64,000 nucleotides of DNA from Dimorphilus gyrociliatus (Eukaryota > Animalia > Annelida), in the NCBI GenBank assembly GCA_904063045.1, contig CAJFCJ010000019.1, forward strand, positions 620,001-684,000, written 5' to 3'. Under the pieces are notes generated by a model. The model searched no databases. It was given only the letters and a program-made list of their open reading frames with translations, and was not told the DNA's origin. A program made the position numbers and the translations under genes. How positions within the stretch are numbered: the stretch's first letter is position 1; each line of letters begins with the position of its first letter. Of this stretch, positions 48,425-62,657 are shown in pieces.

Positions 48425-50411
48425 TTGTTTCGATCGTAGAAATTGCCGAGAGGATAAAAGGCAAATTATTTCGAATTGAATTAAATAGAGTAGTCAACAC
48501 CTGACCGTTTTCACGGTATAGAGAATAATTGCTCAAACAATTGTCTGGCGCTATTAATTAATTTATATATTCCGTAAAACGACTCTTAACCAATTACCTT
48601 TTACTTAAAAAAACAAAGCATTCAGGTAACAATATGTACAATGTGCTATATATAAACAATATTTTTGTGTATAGGTTTTTTTGAGTATTTTTGGAGAAAA
48701 CATCTGTTTTTCAACATTGCCTAGTTAAAAATTTCCATTTTTAGAAAGGAAAAGATCGCTTTGTTTTGTTGAGTTTTATGCTCATTTTCCAGTACAGGAA
48801 TTGCTACTATATGCCTGGTTGCTACGTGAATATCATATGCTTCTTTTGTCTATATTTCTCTTTTAGATAAGTGAAAAACCCTTTCGTACTTTTTCTTTGT
48901 AATATATAGTTTCTTTCATAAGATGGTTCTTCAGAATCTTTCCCTGTTCTTTAAATAAACCTAAATTCTTTACCTTGATCTTAATCACTTTCGTCATATT
49001 TCCCACCTAGTTTTCTTACTTTCATATCTCCGTTTATATATGCAGTGACATTTGCACAGTGGCATCGTTCTTTCCTTCTTCCAGCTGAGTAAAATGCCAT
49101 ATTTGGAGAGGCCTTATTAAAATTATTTAGACTAGAGAGTGCCTTAATTACCCTTATTTCTACAAAGTTGGATAAATTTATTCCATTTTAGTTAATTAGC
49201 CGAAATTCCCATGATAATATCTTCTAAAATATCCTAATATCAAAAGAGATTCACCTTTTTCCAATTTATTCCTTGATGGGAAGAAAATAATCATCTATAC
49301 GAGCAATATCGTTCATCGGCGGGTCAAAGGTTAATTCTGGTAAAATCAGGAGAAAAAACAGGCACTTGTTGATTTCCAAGCAAAATTTTCTATTTTTGGG
49401 TTAGGAATGCTAAAAAATTTTTAGATAAGATAACATTTAAGGAACGATAAACTAACCTCTAACCAGGCAAAGAAACATACATTAGGGGGAATACTTCAAT
49501 CCAATATAAACCTTAGTTAGAAAATATAGCCAGGTATATATATATGCTAAAAACCAAAACATAGTATACTAAATATTTATAAATCATAGGTTAGAAAAAT
49601 AGCTTCAAAGATCTACAGACGCTTTAGCTTTATTTAAATTAATCGCTAATCATTAATCTCCTTATGGTCAAGTATAAACTATTTCTTGTTTTTTTCAATA
49701 TTCAATTAACAAACTTCTTCTTTTATACTTTTGCAATTAAGAGAATTTTAATTATTTCTTTCACTCTGTTCATTTCTTTCTATCTTCTTCTTTATCGTTT
49801 ACATCTTTTTATCTCTCATTGTAGATGGAAAAATACAAAAGTATTTTCTTTTTTTATATATTTAAGAAAAGGGAAAAAAAAACAAGTTTGTACTCTTTCA
49901 ATCTTCTTCTTTTTCTACTTCCATTTCTAAGTAACGTCGAAATTCAACAGAAAAACTATCTTATGAAAGGAGATAATGGTATAGAAAGAAAGAAAAGGTT
50001 TCCGTAGTCTATAGTTTCATCTTCTTGTTTAATATTTATAGCAAAACAATTTAATGACCTTTTTGGAAGCATTAAATAGTTTAAATGAAGGTTTAATGAA
50101 CCGTAGATAAATAAGTACTGCTTTCCAGAAAAGTCCTTAATTCTTTTATCAATATTTATTGATTAGAATCCTTTTTTGTATTTATAAACGAAAGTTTTAT
50201 TCCTTAAAATATATGTATATGTAAAATATATATAAAGTACATAATCTATGTATAGAAAGGTAAAAACTATATGAAAAAAAATAGAACATAACTCTAAAAA
50301 ACATGTAAAAATAGTTTTTCTTTTTGTTTCTTACGGTATAGCACAAAAGATGGGTAGATGCGTTCCTTTATTGCAGAACATGATAAAATTAGTTTGACCT
50401 CTATTTGTCAT

Positions 50412-50954
50412 TTATATCGCTTTGTATTGGTTCCAGACACTAATTGAAGAAAAAAATAGATTTTTAATTCACTCTAAAAATATAATTTCCGACATTTAAG
50501 GGTCCTTACGAATTAATATAGCGTTCATCTTTTGAATGAGTCTCTATTAGAGTTTTCACAATTGGTGGTGGGTCTAAATTATGTTTTTCTGCTCTTTGCC
50601 ACCTTTCTAATCGGGTTGTACCTGCGTTATTTTGATATTAGACTTAATTTTTTTTTCAACATAGAAAATGTTTCAAGTTTTTGTTAGCTAGTTGTTTAAC
50701 CTATGCATGGACCGTAATTACAGTCTAAGTCAAAATCCCTTAAAATTTTCTCATCTTTTTCCCAGGTACCTCTAGCTGTTGAGTATACAATGCAAGTTAT
50801 TTCAAATTATACAAAATGTGTATGCTAGTAAACAACCTGCTGAAATGACTCTTGGTCTGTTATCATCTGATTTCACTTTCTCAGCTTTAACATTCTGACT
50901 TCTATTATTCTTTTTTTTTTTAGAGAAATGAGAACTTATCGTAGAATTAGACAT
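50412..50954 (-). CDS. POLD4: DNA polymerase delta subunit 4 (p12/Cdm1), exons 50837-50954, 50701-50775, 50510-50621, 50412-50439 (110 aa)
   Basis: Spliced MSNSTISSHFSKKKK...ILRDFDLDCNYGPCIGTTRLERWQRAEKHNLDPPPIVKTLIETHSKDERYINSVWNQYKAI* carries the LRxFDL...YGPC.G.TRL.RW.RA..L.PP signature and an N-terminal PIP-like motif. The correct model is not in the ORF track. Confidence 0.92.
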
Positions 50955-51142
50955 TTCGCTATGTGTTTTTAACTCCGATTGGAATAAATGGGAAAAATTT
51001 TCTGATGAGATAGCAGAGTTGTTTTTCTTTTCGCAATACCTTCTATTTATCCAATGATTGACCTTTTTACATAGCAAAATTGCCCAATCAGGTGCAATAA
51101 CAAGCTTATACCAGTTTTCTGGGCCACGTCAACGAAGTAATC

Positions 51143-52910
51143 ATGGCGGGTAAACCAACTACGATTATTCCACAAATCGCTATTGCACTCTTTTTTGGAG
51201 CCATACTTTTCTTTGCATTTCTGATTTATCATGCATGTACAAGGGAAAATCCAAGAAGAAAAACAAACAAGAGTAAAAATTAATTTTCAATTTATATCCT
51301 GAAAAGTAAATTGAGCGATATTTTATCAATTAATACTTTTCAGAAGAAAACGATAAAGAAGTCAAAGAAGAGAAGAAAGGCAAAGACAAACGCCAAAAAC
51401 AAAAACCTATTACATCTAAAGTCACAAAGAGTTCATTCACTCACAAATATTTAGCATGCCACCTGAAAATGCACACAGGAAGGGTTACCGGCTTCGATTG
51501 GAGTTTCAATGAAAAGTTAGTGGCAACAACCGGTGATGATCGAAGCATTGGCTTATGGATTCTTCAAGGCGTTCGAGATGAGGATAATAAACAACCTCTC
51601 AAATCCATAAAGGTCAATGTTGAATTAGATGACGCTGTAAAAATCCGATTCTATCCGGACGATAAGTCAGTGTCCTTTCGAATCAGCGAATCTAATTTTT
51701 TCGTAAATGAACATTTTATTTCCAGGGCATTTTTCGTGAATTTGTACAATGACAATTCCATTCGAGGCTTTAAAATTACTAAAAAGGATAAAGGATCCTA
51801 TACAGCTACTGCTGCCCTGGATTTCAAAACAGTAAGTCACTTCCTGTGAATTGAATAATTTTTTATTGTTAGCGCTTGTATTTGAAAAAAGGGCCATGAA
51901 GGTGAAATAACAGATATGGGTATTTCATCTAATGGAAAGTTCCTCTTTACCTCGGACAACGGTACAAATATCAGAGTTTGGGCTCCAAAAGGTTAAAGAA
52001 ACTTCTAAAATATGAATTTTTACACTTTCTATCGTTATTGAAATTCGAATTTAGGAGAATTACTTGAATCTATTGATTCAAAACAAATTAAGAATAATCA
52101 CACGGCTGTATCAACATGTGGAAGATTTATTGCTACATGCGGATTTACACCGGATGTAAAGGTTTGGGAAGTTGTCTTTACAAAAAATGGCGAATTTCAA
52201 CAGGTTGTAAGAGCCTTTGAGTTAAAGGGACATAGAGCTGCTGTTTACAATTTCAGCTTTTCTGCTGGAACGGAAAGGTTAGTTCTATTAGAAATATTGC
52301 GTCTATTGCCAAAATATTTGCTTTTCTTTTCCTTTTATTAAAGGATGGCCACAGTGTCAAAGGATGGTACGTGGAGATTATGGGATACGAATGGTAAAAT
52401 GATTGATTATCATTTCATATCTAATGTAATATAACTTCTTAATTGTTTTTTTTAGTTGATTATAAGCAACAACAGGATCCCTACTTGCTACAAACTAGAG
52501 AACTTGATGGAATTACTTTTTCCTCTCGAATAGCCTTAACACCCGATGGTCTAACTGTAGCCATTACAAGAGGTGGTTCTATATCAATTTTCTCCGCCAA
52601 AAACGGAGAATTACTCGAAGAGATACGAGATATCTTTGCCGGTGATATTACAGAGATCTCATTTTCTCGAGATGGTATGTTTCTGGGAGCATGCGGAGAT
52701 CGCGTCCTCTCTCTATTTCATAATATTCCTGGTGTTCGAGCTAAAATAAAAGACTTTGAAGAACTAAACAAAAAAGCAACCGGTGCCTTGGCTGAGAGGC
52801 TAAGAAAACAAATTAAAGAATGCTCGTAAGTTGTTAATAAATAGAAGCCTTATTCTCTAAAAAACGTTTTCATTAATTGTTTCAGGAAAAAGTTAGAAAA
52901 ATATGAGTAA
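51143..52910 (+). CDS. TBL2: Transducin beta-like protein 2 (ER-anchored WD40 protein)
   Basis: N-terminal TM (IAIALFFGAILFFAFLIY), FTHKYLACHLKMHTGRVTGFDWS, CGRFIATCGFTPDVKVWEV, RAFELKGHRAAVY, MATVSKDGTWRLWDT, YKQQQDPYLL, and a C-terminal coiled coil. Confidence 0.93.
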
Positions 52911-53224
52911 CTTTGGACAGTCAGGAAATTGATAGTTGTTAACTGATTATTAAAATGTTTGTTTATTATATGATAATAGTTCAGCCAGTTGAATGCACCT
53001 TAATTTTGATATAACTTAGTAAATAATTAATACAAATGAACGCCAGGTGACTGTTGAGATATCTCTTATAAATGCTACATTAACGAACAATGAATATTTT
53101 ATAAAAAAGACCGAAAACCCGAATAAATTATTAATTTAACATTATAGTATATGTACAATATAGTTTTTATAGTCTAGATTGATTTCAAATTTTGCAGTAG
53201 TCAATTAGGGAATGAGAACTAATC

Positions 53225-56200
53225 TTATAACAGAGTCGGCAATTTCAAGGCAGGGAGAACGGTATCAACACAGTTTACCCATATATTAGCGCAAGATGAG
53301 TGATAGGCGCGCGAACCGTATACAAGTTTAGGCTCATCACCCGCTTGAACATCCAACAGGCAGACTCCGCACGATCGTTGGGCTACTTCAGAATCGCAAT
53401 CCACAGAGGATGGTGATAAAACGTGTTCTGACATATCCAATTTATCAGCTTGTGGCTGAAAAAAAGAAACATCTTTTTATGTAGAACGAAGGAAAGTAGT
53501 TTTTTTTTATACCATCACGTCTGTATGAGCAATCATCGAGGTCAATTTCGCCCACGACATTTCCGTGTCATTTACGCACTCGTTCAATCTATTATCTTGC
53601 AAAGCTGTGGTATTATAAATTTCTTTAATGTAATTTAAATGTCATTAATTTACATATTATGAAATTCCTGTAAAACTTACTCATTGATCTTATGGCCACA
53701 ATTATACGACGAACAACTCGATAGGCCTCAATAACATCTAAATTATAAGACATCAAGGATATTACTTTATATGTAACTTGAATTTTCTTACCAAGGATAT
53801 AGTTGTAGCCAGAACTTGAGGAGAGCACTTCTGTAAGCACGGTTTCATCGCAAGAAGATAGAATATTACATGCTGTAATTAGAACTTCATTGGCAGCTTT
53901 GATACAGTCCATCCATTTTTCTGAATGAGAATTCTCTTTCTAGACGATTGAAGAGTTTTCCATTAACTAAATCTTTTTTATAATCTATAGCAACTAACCT
54001 CTTCAATTGGAGATTTTCTAAGGTCACGATATCTATCAGCAACAGGGGAGACGTCTTCTTGTAAAACATCTTGTGCACTTCTTGACTTTGGTATAGAGTC
54101 CATTTGCACTTAAGAATAAGACGACACTAATAAATCGTTCAAAAGAAACAATTTTTTTATTACATACCAGTCGATGATTGATGGAGAGCTTCAGATGTAG
54201 CCGAATGCTTTATTTCCAAACTTGAGACGCTTTTTGTATCACTAGGTTTGGACGTTGGTAAATCTAAACTTGAAACGCTTTGAGCATCTTGTATTCGATC
54301 AGACGATTTTAGAGCATTTCCTGTTGTTTTTTTCTTACTTTTTTCATTATACATGCTTGATCCGGCATTATGAGCATCATCTAAACCGCAGTCTTCATCT
54401 AAGTCGTAGAAAGTGGTGGGATTTGAATAAAATTCTTCATCGTTATCTCCATCAACATAGTCATTCATCTCGGGCGGAGTTGTATCATAAGGGTTTAATC
54501 CGGTGCCTATGACAACGGGCTTTTCATTATTTTTGCTAAAGAACAAGTTAGACTTTTTAATGTCTATTTCCTCTCTGGGCTTAGACTTCGCAGAAGGTAA
54601 ACCAATACCATCACTCCAGTCTTCACTATTTGCTGATGAAACTGCTCCACTATCGCTGTGACTTGACATAGAAAACATATCACTAGAACCACTGAAACTT
54701 CGACTTGTATCATTTGTAACAGTATCTGATGCACTGCTTGTTGATTTCATATTGTTATCGGGACAAACATAGGTGGACTCACTAATTAGAGACTTTATTT
54801 TATCCAAAGATTGCACTTTAGAGTTAGAATCAATAGGTGGCACGGAACAAAAGTCATTGAACTCTTCAGTGTCATCCATTATTTCTTTATTGTTTAAATT
54901 ATCAGTTTTTTTCCCAGAGGTGGAACTTTTAAAGGTTGGTAACTCACGGCTGTCGTTTGATATATCTTGAGGTAAAGAAGGAAAATTAGCAAAGTTAGTA
55001 TTGATGTTAGCAGGTGCTGCTTGAAAATCAGCGAAATCATCGCTTATAGGTTGACTTTGAAGATTTTCAGAAACATCAGTCACACTTGTCTGAACCAAAT
55101 CTGTATCAATTACTCCGTTATTGTCTTTTTGAACCTGATTTACCGTTGATTGACCCAAGTTGGGTAAGGGTGGGTCATTATATCTTAATAAATCGTTTAG
55201 GGAAGTAACCGAAATGTTATTTTGAACAATAGCTATAAGAGCCAAGATAGCGAATAATTCTGCTTTGTTTAACTGACCAGCAGTTTCCCTATTACATAAA
55301 TCCCATAAATATCCTAAAATTTCTCGGGGCAACCCCGATCGCAAAAGAATGCCATATACTAAATCAGTAGATATAAAACCATTCCTGTTGAAACAAGAAC
55401 TATGTTATGAATTTATATTCAGAATGTATTGTGTATAACTTACAAGGTGGAAGCTTCTAATACTTGATAATAAACTTCTGGTACTTGAACTTTTCCGTTC
55501 AGCCAGGGAATCACCTCATACACATCAACTTCTAAATTGGCTTTTTCTTGAGAAACTACTGATGACGTTGCTGTGGATAATGAATTATCAGAAGTTTGCT
55601 CTTGATTTATTTGTTGAGCGGCTTGTTGTTGTAGTTGATGGCGTGACTGTGGCTGTTGCTGAGGCAATTGCTGCTGTGGTAGTTGTTGGCGGGATGTTTG
55701 ATGTTGTAGCTGTTGCTGTGAAAGTTGATGGTGCGGTAATTGCTGCTGTAATTGTCGTTGTTGCAAGTATTGTTGAGGCAATTGCTGCTGCGGATTTTGT
55801 TGCAATTGTGGTTGGATTTGGGGTTGTGGCTGGTATGTTGATATTTGTTGTGGATTTCCTGTAATGTCAGTCATTGATGGCATAATAATTATAATTAATA
55901 ATTTTTCTATAATACTTACCGGGAGCAGTAAAAATACCACTTAAGTCTTGCTCAAGCCCTGTCCATGCTCTAGATTTAGTGCTTTGTTGATAAGTTTTTA
56001 CATTCTGAACTTTCGGTTGAACTTGTTTAAGAGATTGAGACTTGTTAAAAGTTTTTGCTTTTCCTTGATCGCTTAGATTTGAACAAGATATCATCATCGA
56101 CATGAGATCTTGCTCTGAATCGTACGAAAAGATTTGTTTTTGCATTTTTCAAAATTGGTTGTTGTATAGCTAACCTTTATTTGCAGGAGGTATGTTTGCG

Positions 56201-56909
56201 TTCAAACCAGTAGTATTGTTCGTTACTGCGGGAGTGGGAGTTGGGAGAGCAGTGCTTTGTGTTGGTACTTGAATAAATTCCCCAAAACCATCATCCTCAA
56301 TTGCTGGATAGATAAAAGGTGGATTATTAATATTAACGCTAAAATTTTATTATATCTCACTAGGAGTCTTCAATTGACTAGCAGGAATGTTCTTGGAATT
56401 ATCAGAGGGAGTCTTTTTTGTAGTTTCTGGTCCCAATATATTCTTAATAAGATGATCAGCAGATACATTGCTTTTAAAACCCACAGAAGAAAATTGCATT
56501 AGTCTTTTCTTTTGGTCCTCGAATTTTTTTAGTTTCATTTGCTTTTCGAATTCCTCTTTATTTAATTTCTGCTCATGTTGACTTGGATTTGCTTTCGGCC
56601 TTGTTTGAATGCTGTAAAGAGATAAATTTATAAAAAGTTAGTGATATTTGTGATAAAGTTGTAATGCCTGTAAAAATTATTACTTATACGGAGGAGGTGG
56701 AACGTTCCTTGAGTGATATGGCCTTTGAATAACTTGAGGTGTATACATGACTTGATACATAGGCATACTCTGAACTCCGGGTGCAAATTGCCTATAGGGT
56801 TGGTGTTGCTGAACCATATTCACTGAAATTTTACGAGTTTATGAATTGATATAAAAATTAATAAGCATATACCATTAGGTTGTCTTGTATTAGGAGCTTG
56901 GTAATTCAT
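53225..56909 (-). CDS. SYNRG: Synergin gamma (AP-1 gamma-ear binding EH-domain protein)
   Basis: Q/P-rich N-terminus, KFEDQKKRLMQFSS, EH-like SGLPREILGYLWDLCNRETAGQLNKAELFAILALIA, FGEF/DDFADF motifs, and C-terminal CGVCLLDV...AYHSSCANIWVNCVD..LP. Confidence 0.9.
55610..55840 (-). repeat. Glutamine-rich coding repeat (QQLPQQ-type) inside SYNRG
   Basis: Degenerate CAR codon runs. These produce the antisense shadow ORF 55562..55864. Confidence 0.85.
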
Positions 56910-57206
56910 GTTCAATCACCTTTCTTTAGTATCTACAACTAATAGCAAATGATAAATAATATTGCATAATTTGATTTTTGATACGCGATTTATATTTGTT
57001 CTTTTTAGTCACAAGATGGGAAGGAAATGAAATTGATAATAGCAATTCTCACTTTTAATCACTTTTCATGGAATGACAAAAGAATAAATCAGGAATTTTC
57101 AAATGGAAAGTTCTAACAGCTCTCTCTATACACGCTGATTGCTTGTTGCTATCTTATATAAAAAGAAGAACAGTTAGAAATACTATTACAGACTTTCTTT
57201 TGGGGT

Positions 57207-57232
57207 CGCCATTTTGAATACAATCACGTGAC
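57207..57232. promoter_or_regulatory. YY1-like (CGCCATTTT) and E-box/CLEAR-like (TCACGTGAC) motifs in the SYNRG/RAE1 divergent promoter
   Basis: Motifs at 57207-57215 and 57224-57232 lie between ATGs 726 nt apart. Confidence 0.45.
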
Positions 57233-57635
57233 CCGCAGGTTAGCATGGATGGTATTCCGATTTTATTCTGATTAAGGAACATGTGGCTATAAACTAGGAA
57301 AGCGGATCAAGTAACCGAAAAAATTCAATCGATTTCATTCTATAGAAGGAGTAAAATAAAAAGTTGTCTCGTTAATCTCTAAAACTGAATGAAATTCGTA
57401 GAAATGTAGAAATTCCAATATTAATATTTCTTAAATGTAAAATCTTTATAAATATAGAAAAAATAAGTTTCATAAAGGAATATTTTGATTTTGTCCCCTC
57501 CAGTAGCCGATTAAAGCGATTATTAAATTTATGCATACTTCCGATTAATCGGTTAAAATCGTATTAATTCGATATACGTTTCCGTCAAAATCCTGAAACA
57601 AGCAGCCGGTGCTTTTTCCGGATCTTTGTAATAAT

Positions 57636-59321
57636 ATGTTTGGCGCGACAACAAATTTCGGCTCAGCAGGATTTGGAGGTTCCCAAGTGAATTATAATCC
57701 AATGAAGGACATTGAATGCGTTAATCCGCCAAATGATTCCATATCATCGATTGCTTTCAGCCCTGCTACAATTCCTAAGATTTACCTAATCTCGGGTTCT
57801 TGGGATAACAAGGTATTTTTACATTTTTGTCCGAAGATTGAAAGATGTAAAGGCTTTATTACTTCGCCCAAAAAAAATTAACAGTATTTTTTTCCATTTT
57901 GTAATTGAGAGAAAATATTATTGAATGACAAAATGTAACGTGAATATAATACTAAAGCATATATGAAAAATGCACGTAATTTCCAATTTTGGCAACAACA
58001 GATAAGATGCTGGGAAGTTCAACAATCTGGTCAAACAACAGGCATGGCTGAAGAATCCCATCAAAAGCCTGTTTTGGACGTATGCTGGAGTGATGTAAGA
58101 TAAATAAGCTTGTTAACACAATACAAGATTATAAAAATTTTATTTATAGGATGGAACAAAAGTGTTTTCTGGAAGCTGTGATAAAACAGCCAAAATGTGG
58201 GACTTGAATAGCAATCAAACGATACAAGTAGCTCAGCACGATGCTCCTGTTAAGCACGTTCGATGGGTAAAAGCTCCTAATTATTCGTGCCTGATGACCG
58301 CGTCTTGGGATAAAACACTCAAAGTAAATTTCATTTACTAAGCTGACTAAAATGAAATAACTATGCATAGGATTTTTTTCTTTTCTCATCTTTGTAAAAC
58401 TTGTTTTTCAGTTTTGGGACACAAGGTCACCTAATCCTATGTTAAGTATTCAATTACCTGAGAGAAGTTATTGCGCTGACGTTGTAAGTAAATTAGTAGA
58501 ATTAAACTTTAGATCAAGTGTATATAGCTACGTAAAATTTGTAGATGTATCCCATGGCTGTGGTTGGAACAGCGGCTCGACAAGTAATTATCTATCAATT
58601 GGAAAACCAACCATCAGAATTTAAGAGAATTGAATCACCGTTAAAATATCAAGTAAGTATATTATACTGAATTGTGAATAGTGCCAGTCATAATCATTAA
58701 TTCTCATTCACGTCTTGTTTTACAGAGCCGTTGTGTTAGAATATTTAAGGATAAGAAAACAAACCAACCAACTGGATTTGCATTAGGAAGCATTGAAGGA
58801 CGTGTTGCAATTCAGTACATCAACCCTACGAATCCAAAGGATAATTTTACTTTTAAATGTCATCGTAGTAACGGGGCAACAAACCAAGGTTCTCAAGATA
58901 TTTTTGCAGTAAGAAACAAATTATTATAAACCAATAATTACAAATACTATTGATTACCTTTAATATTTTTGTTTGTCAGGTAAATAACATTGATTTTCAT
59001 CCGGAACATAATACACTAGCTACTGTAGGATCAGATGGTAAATTTAGCTTTTGGGACAAAGATGCTCGAACAAAATTAAAAACTTCGGAAGCTATGGACC
59101 AGCCAATATCATGCTGCGCTTTTAATGGACAAGGGAATATTTTTGCTTATGCAAGTAGCTATGACTGGTCAAAGGTTTGTTTAGGGGTTTCTAGCATAAT
59201 TTGTATTGACTGCCAACTTTTTTAACAGGGTCACGAAGGTTATGATCCAAACAAGATGAAACCTCATATATTCCTCAGGGCATGCTACGATGAATTAAAA
59301 CCCAGCCAACCTAAAAAATAA
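57636..59321 (+). CDS. RAE1: mRNA export factor RAE1 (Gle2), WD40, multi-exon
   Basis: [100 protein letters not shown]. Confidence 0.97.
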
Positions 59322-59950
59322 CTTGATCGTAACGTCTGCAACACTATCAAACTTGTATAAAAAAAAGATATTTTTATTGATAAGAAACAAACTATATTCG
59401 ATATAATATATATTGCATATGAACTCATTTTTATAACTGTTTGCACATATTTTGTTTTTGTCAAAATGAGTTTTTAAAACAAAACACTCTTTCAAGTGAT
59501 ATATATACTTAAAGATACTACTTCAGTTCTCTTTTTTGTCCTAAATTTAAAAAGCACAACTAACTTCAACCTTGCAATCTGATTTATTCATTATCTCATC
59601 GTATTGTAAAGAAACTAAGTCTGGATCAGTTTAATTAATATAAATATCACGTTCAACAAATATAGATGTTATATTAAATTTAATAATAAAGATTGAATTG
59701 AAGTTCCTTACGCACAAATTTCCAATAATTTTACTGTGGAAAATGGTAGAAATAGAGAATTTTGCCAGCCGCATGTTCTTTACATTTTTTGGTTACTGTA
59801 TTTAATTGTCAAAATCAAAAACATACAGATTGTTGCTTAGTTTGAAGTTTACAATTATAATTTCAAATTCTTCTTTGTAATTGAATATGTTACGATCTAT
59901 TTGGTAACAAAGATTTGCTTTAGAAATTTTATGGACGATAATATAGTAAA

Positions 59951-62616
59951 ATGTCAAGGGCTTTGATAATTCTTAAAAATTCAAACCTTTTACAACAACT
60001 TAGCTATACAACTTGTTTAAAACACCTAAGAAATGAAAAGATTATACTGCAAAGAACTCAACCATGTCTTAATTTTCACTCAACGTCTCAAGTTCAAGTA
60101 GCAAGTAAAAAGCATAGCAAGAAGAAAATTGTTTGTATTTCATTGTCAACATTTAGCTAATCTATAATAAAAACGTTCTAGGTAAAGCCTGTAATCTTTA
60201 AACCGAAAAAGACAGTAATTGAAATTCGACATGATATGACTGTTGAGAATATTGCAAGTTCATGTAATAGAACTACCGGTAGTGTATAACCCAAAAGTGA
60301 TATGTATCTTAAATAATGGATTTATTTTTATTTTTAAGATCAAGTATTTGAAGCGCTCGAAATGATTCCTGACTCGCAGGAATATGAAGATGAGCATTCT
60401 GGTATGATTTCATAGCAAAAATTCTAAAACTTTTCATTTTAGTTTCAATTTAAATCTTTGTTAGTTGTTTCATATGGTGATATTCAAAAAATTATTGGAA
60501 AATTTGGCTTTAGATGGAAATTGGAAGAGAAAAAAGTTCAAAAGGAGAAAGAGAATAAAGATGTAGTAAAACAGCCACTACCAGATCTTTCGGCAATGAA
60601 ATCAAGACCACCTGTTGTTACAATAATGGGTCATGTTGACCATGGGAAGACAACACTCCTGGATTCTCTTAGGCATAGTCATGTAGTCGACCAAGAATTT
60701 GGTGGAATCACTCAACATATTGGAGCTTTTTCTGGTTAGTTTTATTTTTATTATTGCATACAACACTGTAGTTTATTCAACTTTTATATAAGATGTTTCA
60801 AACTATAGTTAAGACGCCGACTGGTCAAAACATAACTTTTCTCGATACGCCGGGCCATGCTGCTTTCTCTGCCATGAGAGCACGAGGAGCAAATGTTACA
60901 GATATTGTTATTCTTGTTGTCGCTGCTGATGATGGAGTTATGAAGCAAACAGAACAATCAATAGAATTTACAAATCAAGCAAACGGTATAAAAAATTTAT
61001 CAGACGAAATCAAATAGTAAAAAGTAAAACTTTTCTTTTATAATAGTTCCAGTTATTGTTGCCATAAATAAAATGGATAAACCAGAAGCAAATGCGGTAA
61101 TTTAAAAATAAATTATTATTCATTCTTATTTAAGAAATTTTCATATTTCTTTATATAAACTAGGAAGTAGTTAAAAACGGTTTATTGAAGTGTGGTATAC
61201 AAGTTGAGGACCTTGGAGGTGATGTACAGTCTATTCCAGTCTCTGCCTTGAAAGGCACTGGGCTGAATGAACTCCTAGATGCGGTTTTAGTATTATCAGA
61301 AATTTTAGAATTGAAGGCTGACTATAATGGATTAGTTGAAGCTAGCGTTATTGAATCTAAGACCCATCCGGGAAGAGGGTAAATAGAATTCTTGATAGTA
61401 TTACAAGTTGGTTAAGTCGATTACATTCTTTAGGAAATTATCTACGGCTCTAATTGATAGAGGAACTCTAAAAAAAGGAGATGTCCTTGTAGCGGGTACG
61501 GCTTGGTGCAAGGTTCGTGGAATGTTTAATGATCAAGGACGCCCCATTTCCAAAGCAGAACCAGGATCTGCTGTTGAAATAATAGGTTGGAGAGAACTTC
61601 CACACGCGGGCGATACTATACTTCAGGTGAAAAATGAGGTTAGTTGATGAGAAACTATAGATTTATTCAAACGATTGGAAAATTAACCAAAAAATTTATT
61701 CAGAAAAGGGCTCACGAGGTAATACAGTTCCGAAAATCTCTAAAAGAGGATGAAAAAGCTTTAGAAGATGCGAGAATTATTCATGAAAAAATGGAGCAAC
61801 ATCGAAAAGATTATCATGATAAATTAGAGGCCAAAAGGTCTGCAGGTAGAAGAGTAGGAGCTATTTATAAGAAAGAAAGGCGAAAGGAAACAGAGACTGA
61901 ATCTAGTGGACCCGAGCTTGCAGTCGTCATAAAGGGGGATGTTGACGGATCTGTTGAGGCACTACTAGATGCTCTGGACACCTACCAATCTGATCAATGT
62001 CGACTACATATTATTCATTATGGGGTTGGACCAATAACAGAACATGACGTTGAATTAGCAAAGTCGTTCAACGGTAATTAATGATAAAATAAAAAGAAAG
62101 GACAAGCACTAAGACTTTAATTTCTTTTTTGTTTCAGGAGTTATTTACGGCTTTAATGTCGATTGTGTTGGTTCTGCTCAATCTTTAGCGAATTCTTCCA
62201 AAGTCGATGTTGAACGTCATAATATAATTTACAAGTTACTGGATAATATTCGAGATCGACTTTCGAAAAAGCTCCCTCTAATCGATCGGGAAGAAATAGT
62301 TGGCCAAGCCACGGTGCTAGAATTATTTCGTATAAACGAAGGGAAAAAGAAAATTCCGGTTGCCGGAAGTCGATGTACAAAAGGAACTTTACAAAGGAAG
62401 CTCAATTTTCGCCTAATAAGGAATGAAGACCTTTTATTAGAAGGACCTGTTCATTCGTTAAGGCACTTTAAAAACGAAGTTGAAAGTATAAAAACGGATG
62501 TTGAATGTGGAATCAGGTTTGAAGACTTTTTTATTGAACCTCAGCCTGGCGATGACATTATATGCTATAAAGTTGTACAAGGAGAGCAAAAATTAGATTG
62601 GTATTTAGATTTTTAA
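59951..62616 (+). CDS. MTIF2: Mitochondrial translation initiation factor IF-2
   Basis: Basic presequence, [64 protein letters not shown]-terminal [19 protein letters not shown]. Confidence 0.97.
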
Positions 62617-62657
62617 ATGGAAATATATTTCAATAATTCAGTTTGATAAGTTAGCAA

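Noticed and set aside
48700-50150. Coding-like fragments on the minus strand between GH27 and POLD4
   Set aside because: Frames of only 30-45 codons interrupted by stops, no consistent splice chain and no recognisable motif. A decayed gene cannot be excluded.
19440-51725. Stop-free introns of 60-63 nt (PPP1R37 ~19440-19499, GABBR1 42088-42150, TBL2 51666-51725) that could be retained in frame
   Set aside because: With roughly a hundred short introns in the window, a few stop-free 3n introns are expected by chance.
8632-62380. Many 60-160 aa ORFs in the track (e.g. 8632-, 9123+, 9984+, 14025-, 17504+, 36004+, 38662+, 41991+, 54255+, 55562+, 62153-)
   Set aside because: They are antisense or alternative-frame shadows of real exons or low-complexity tracts, often with non-ATG starts.
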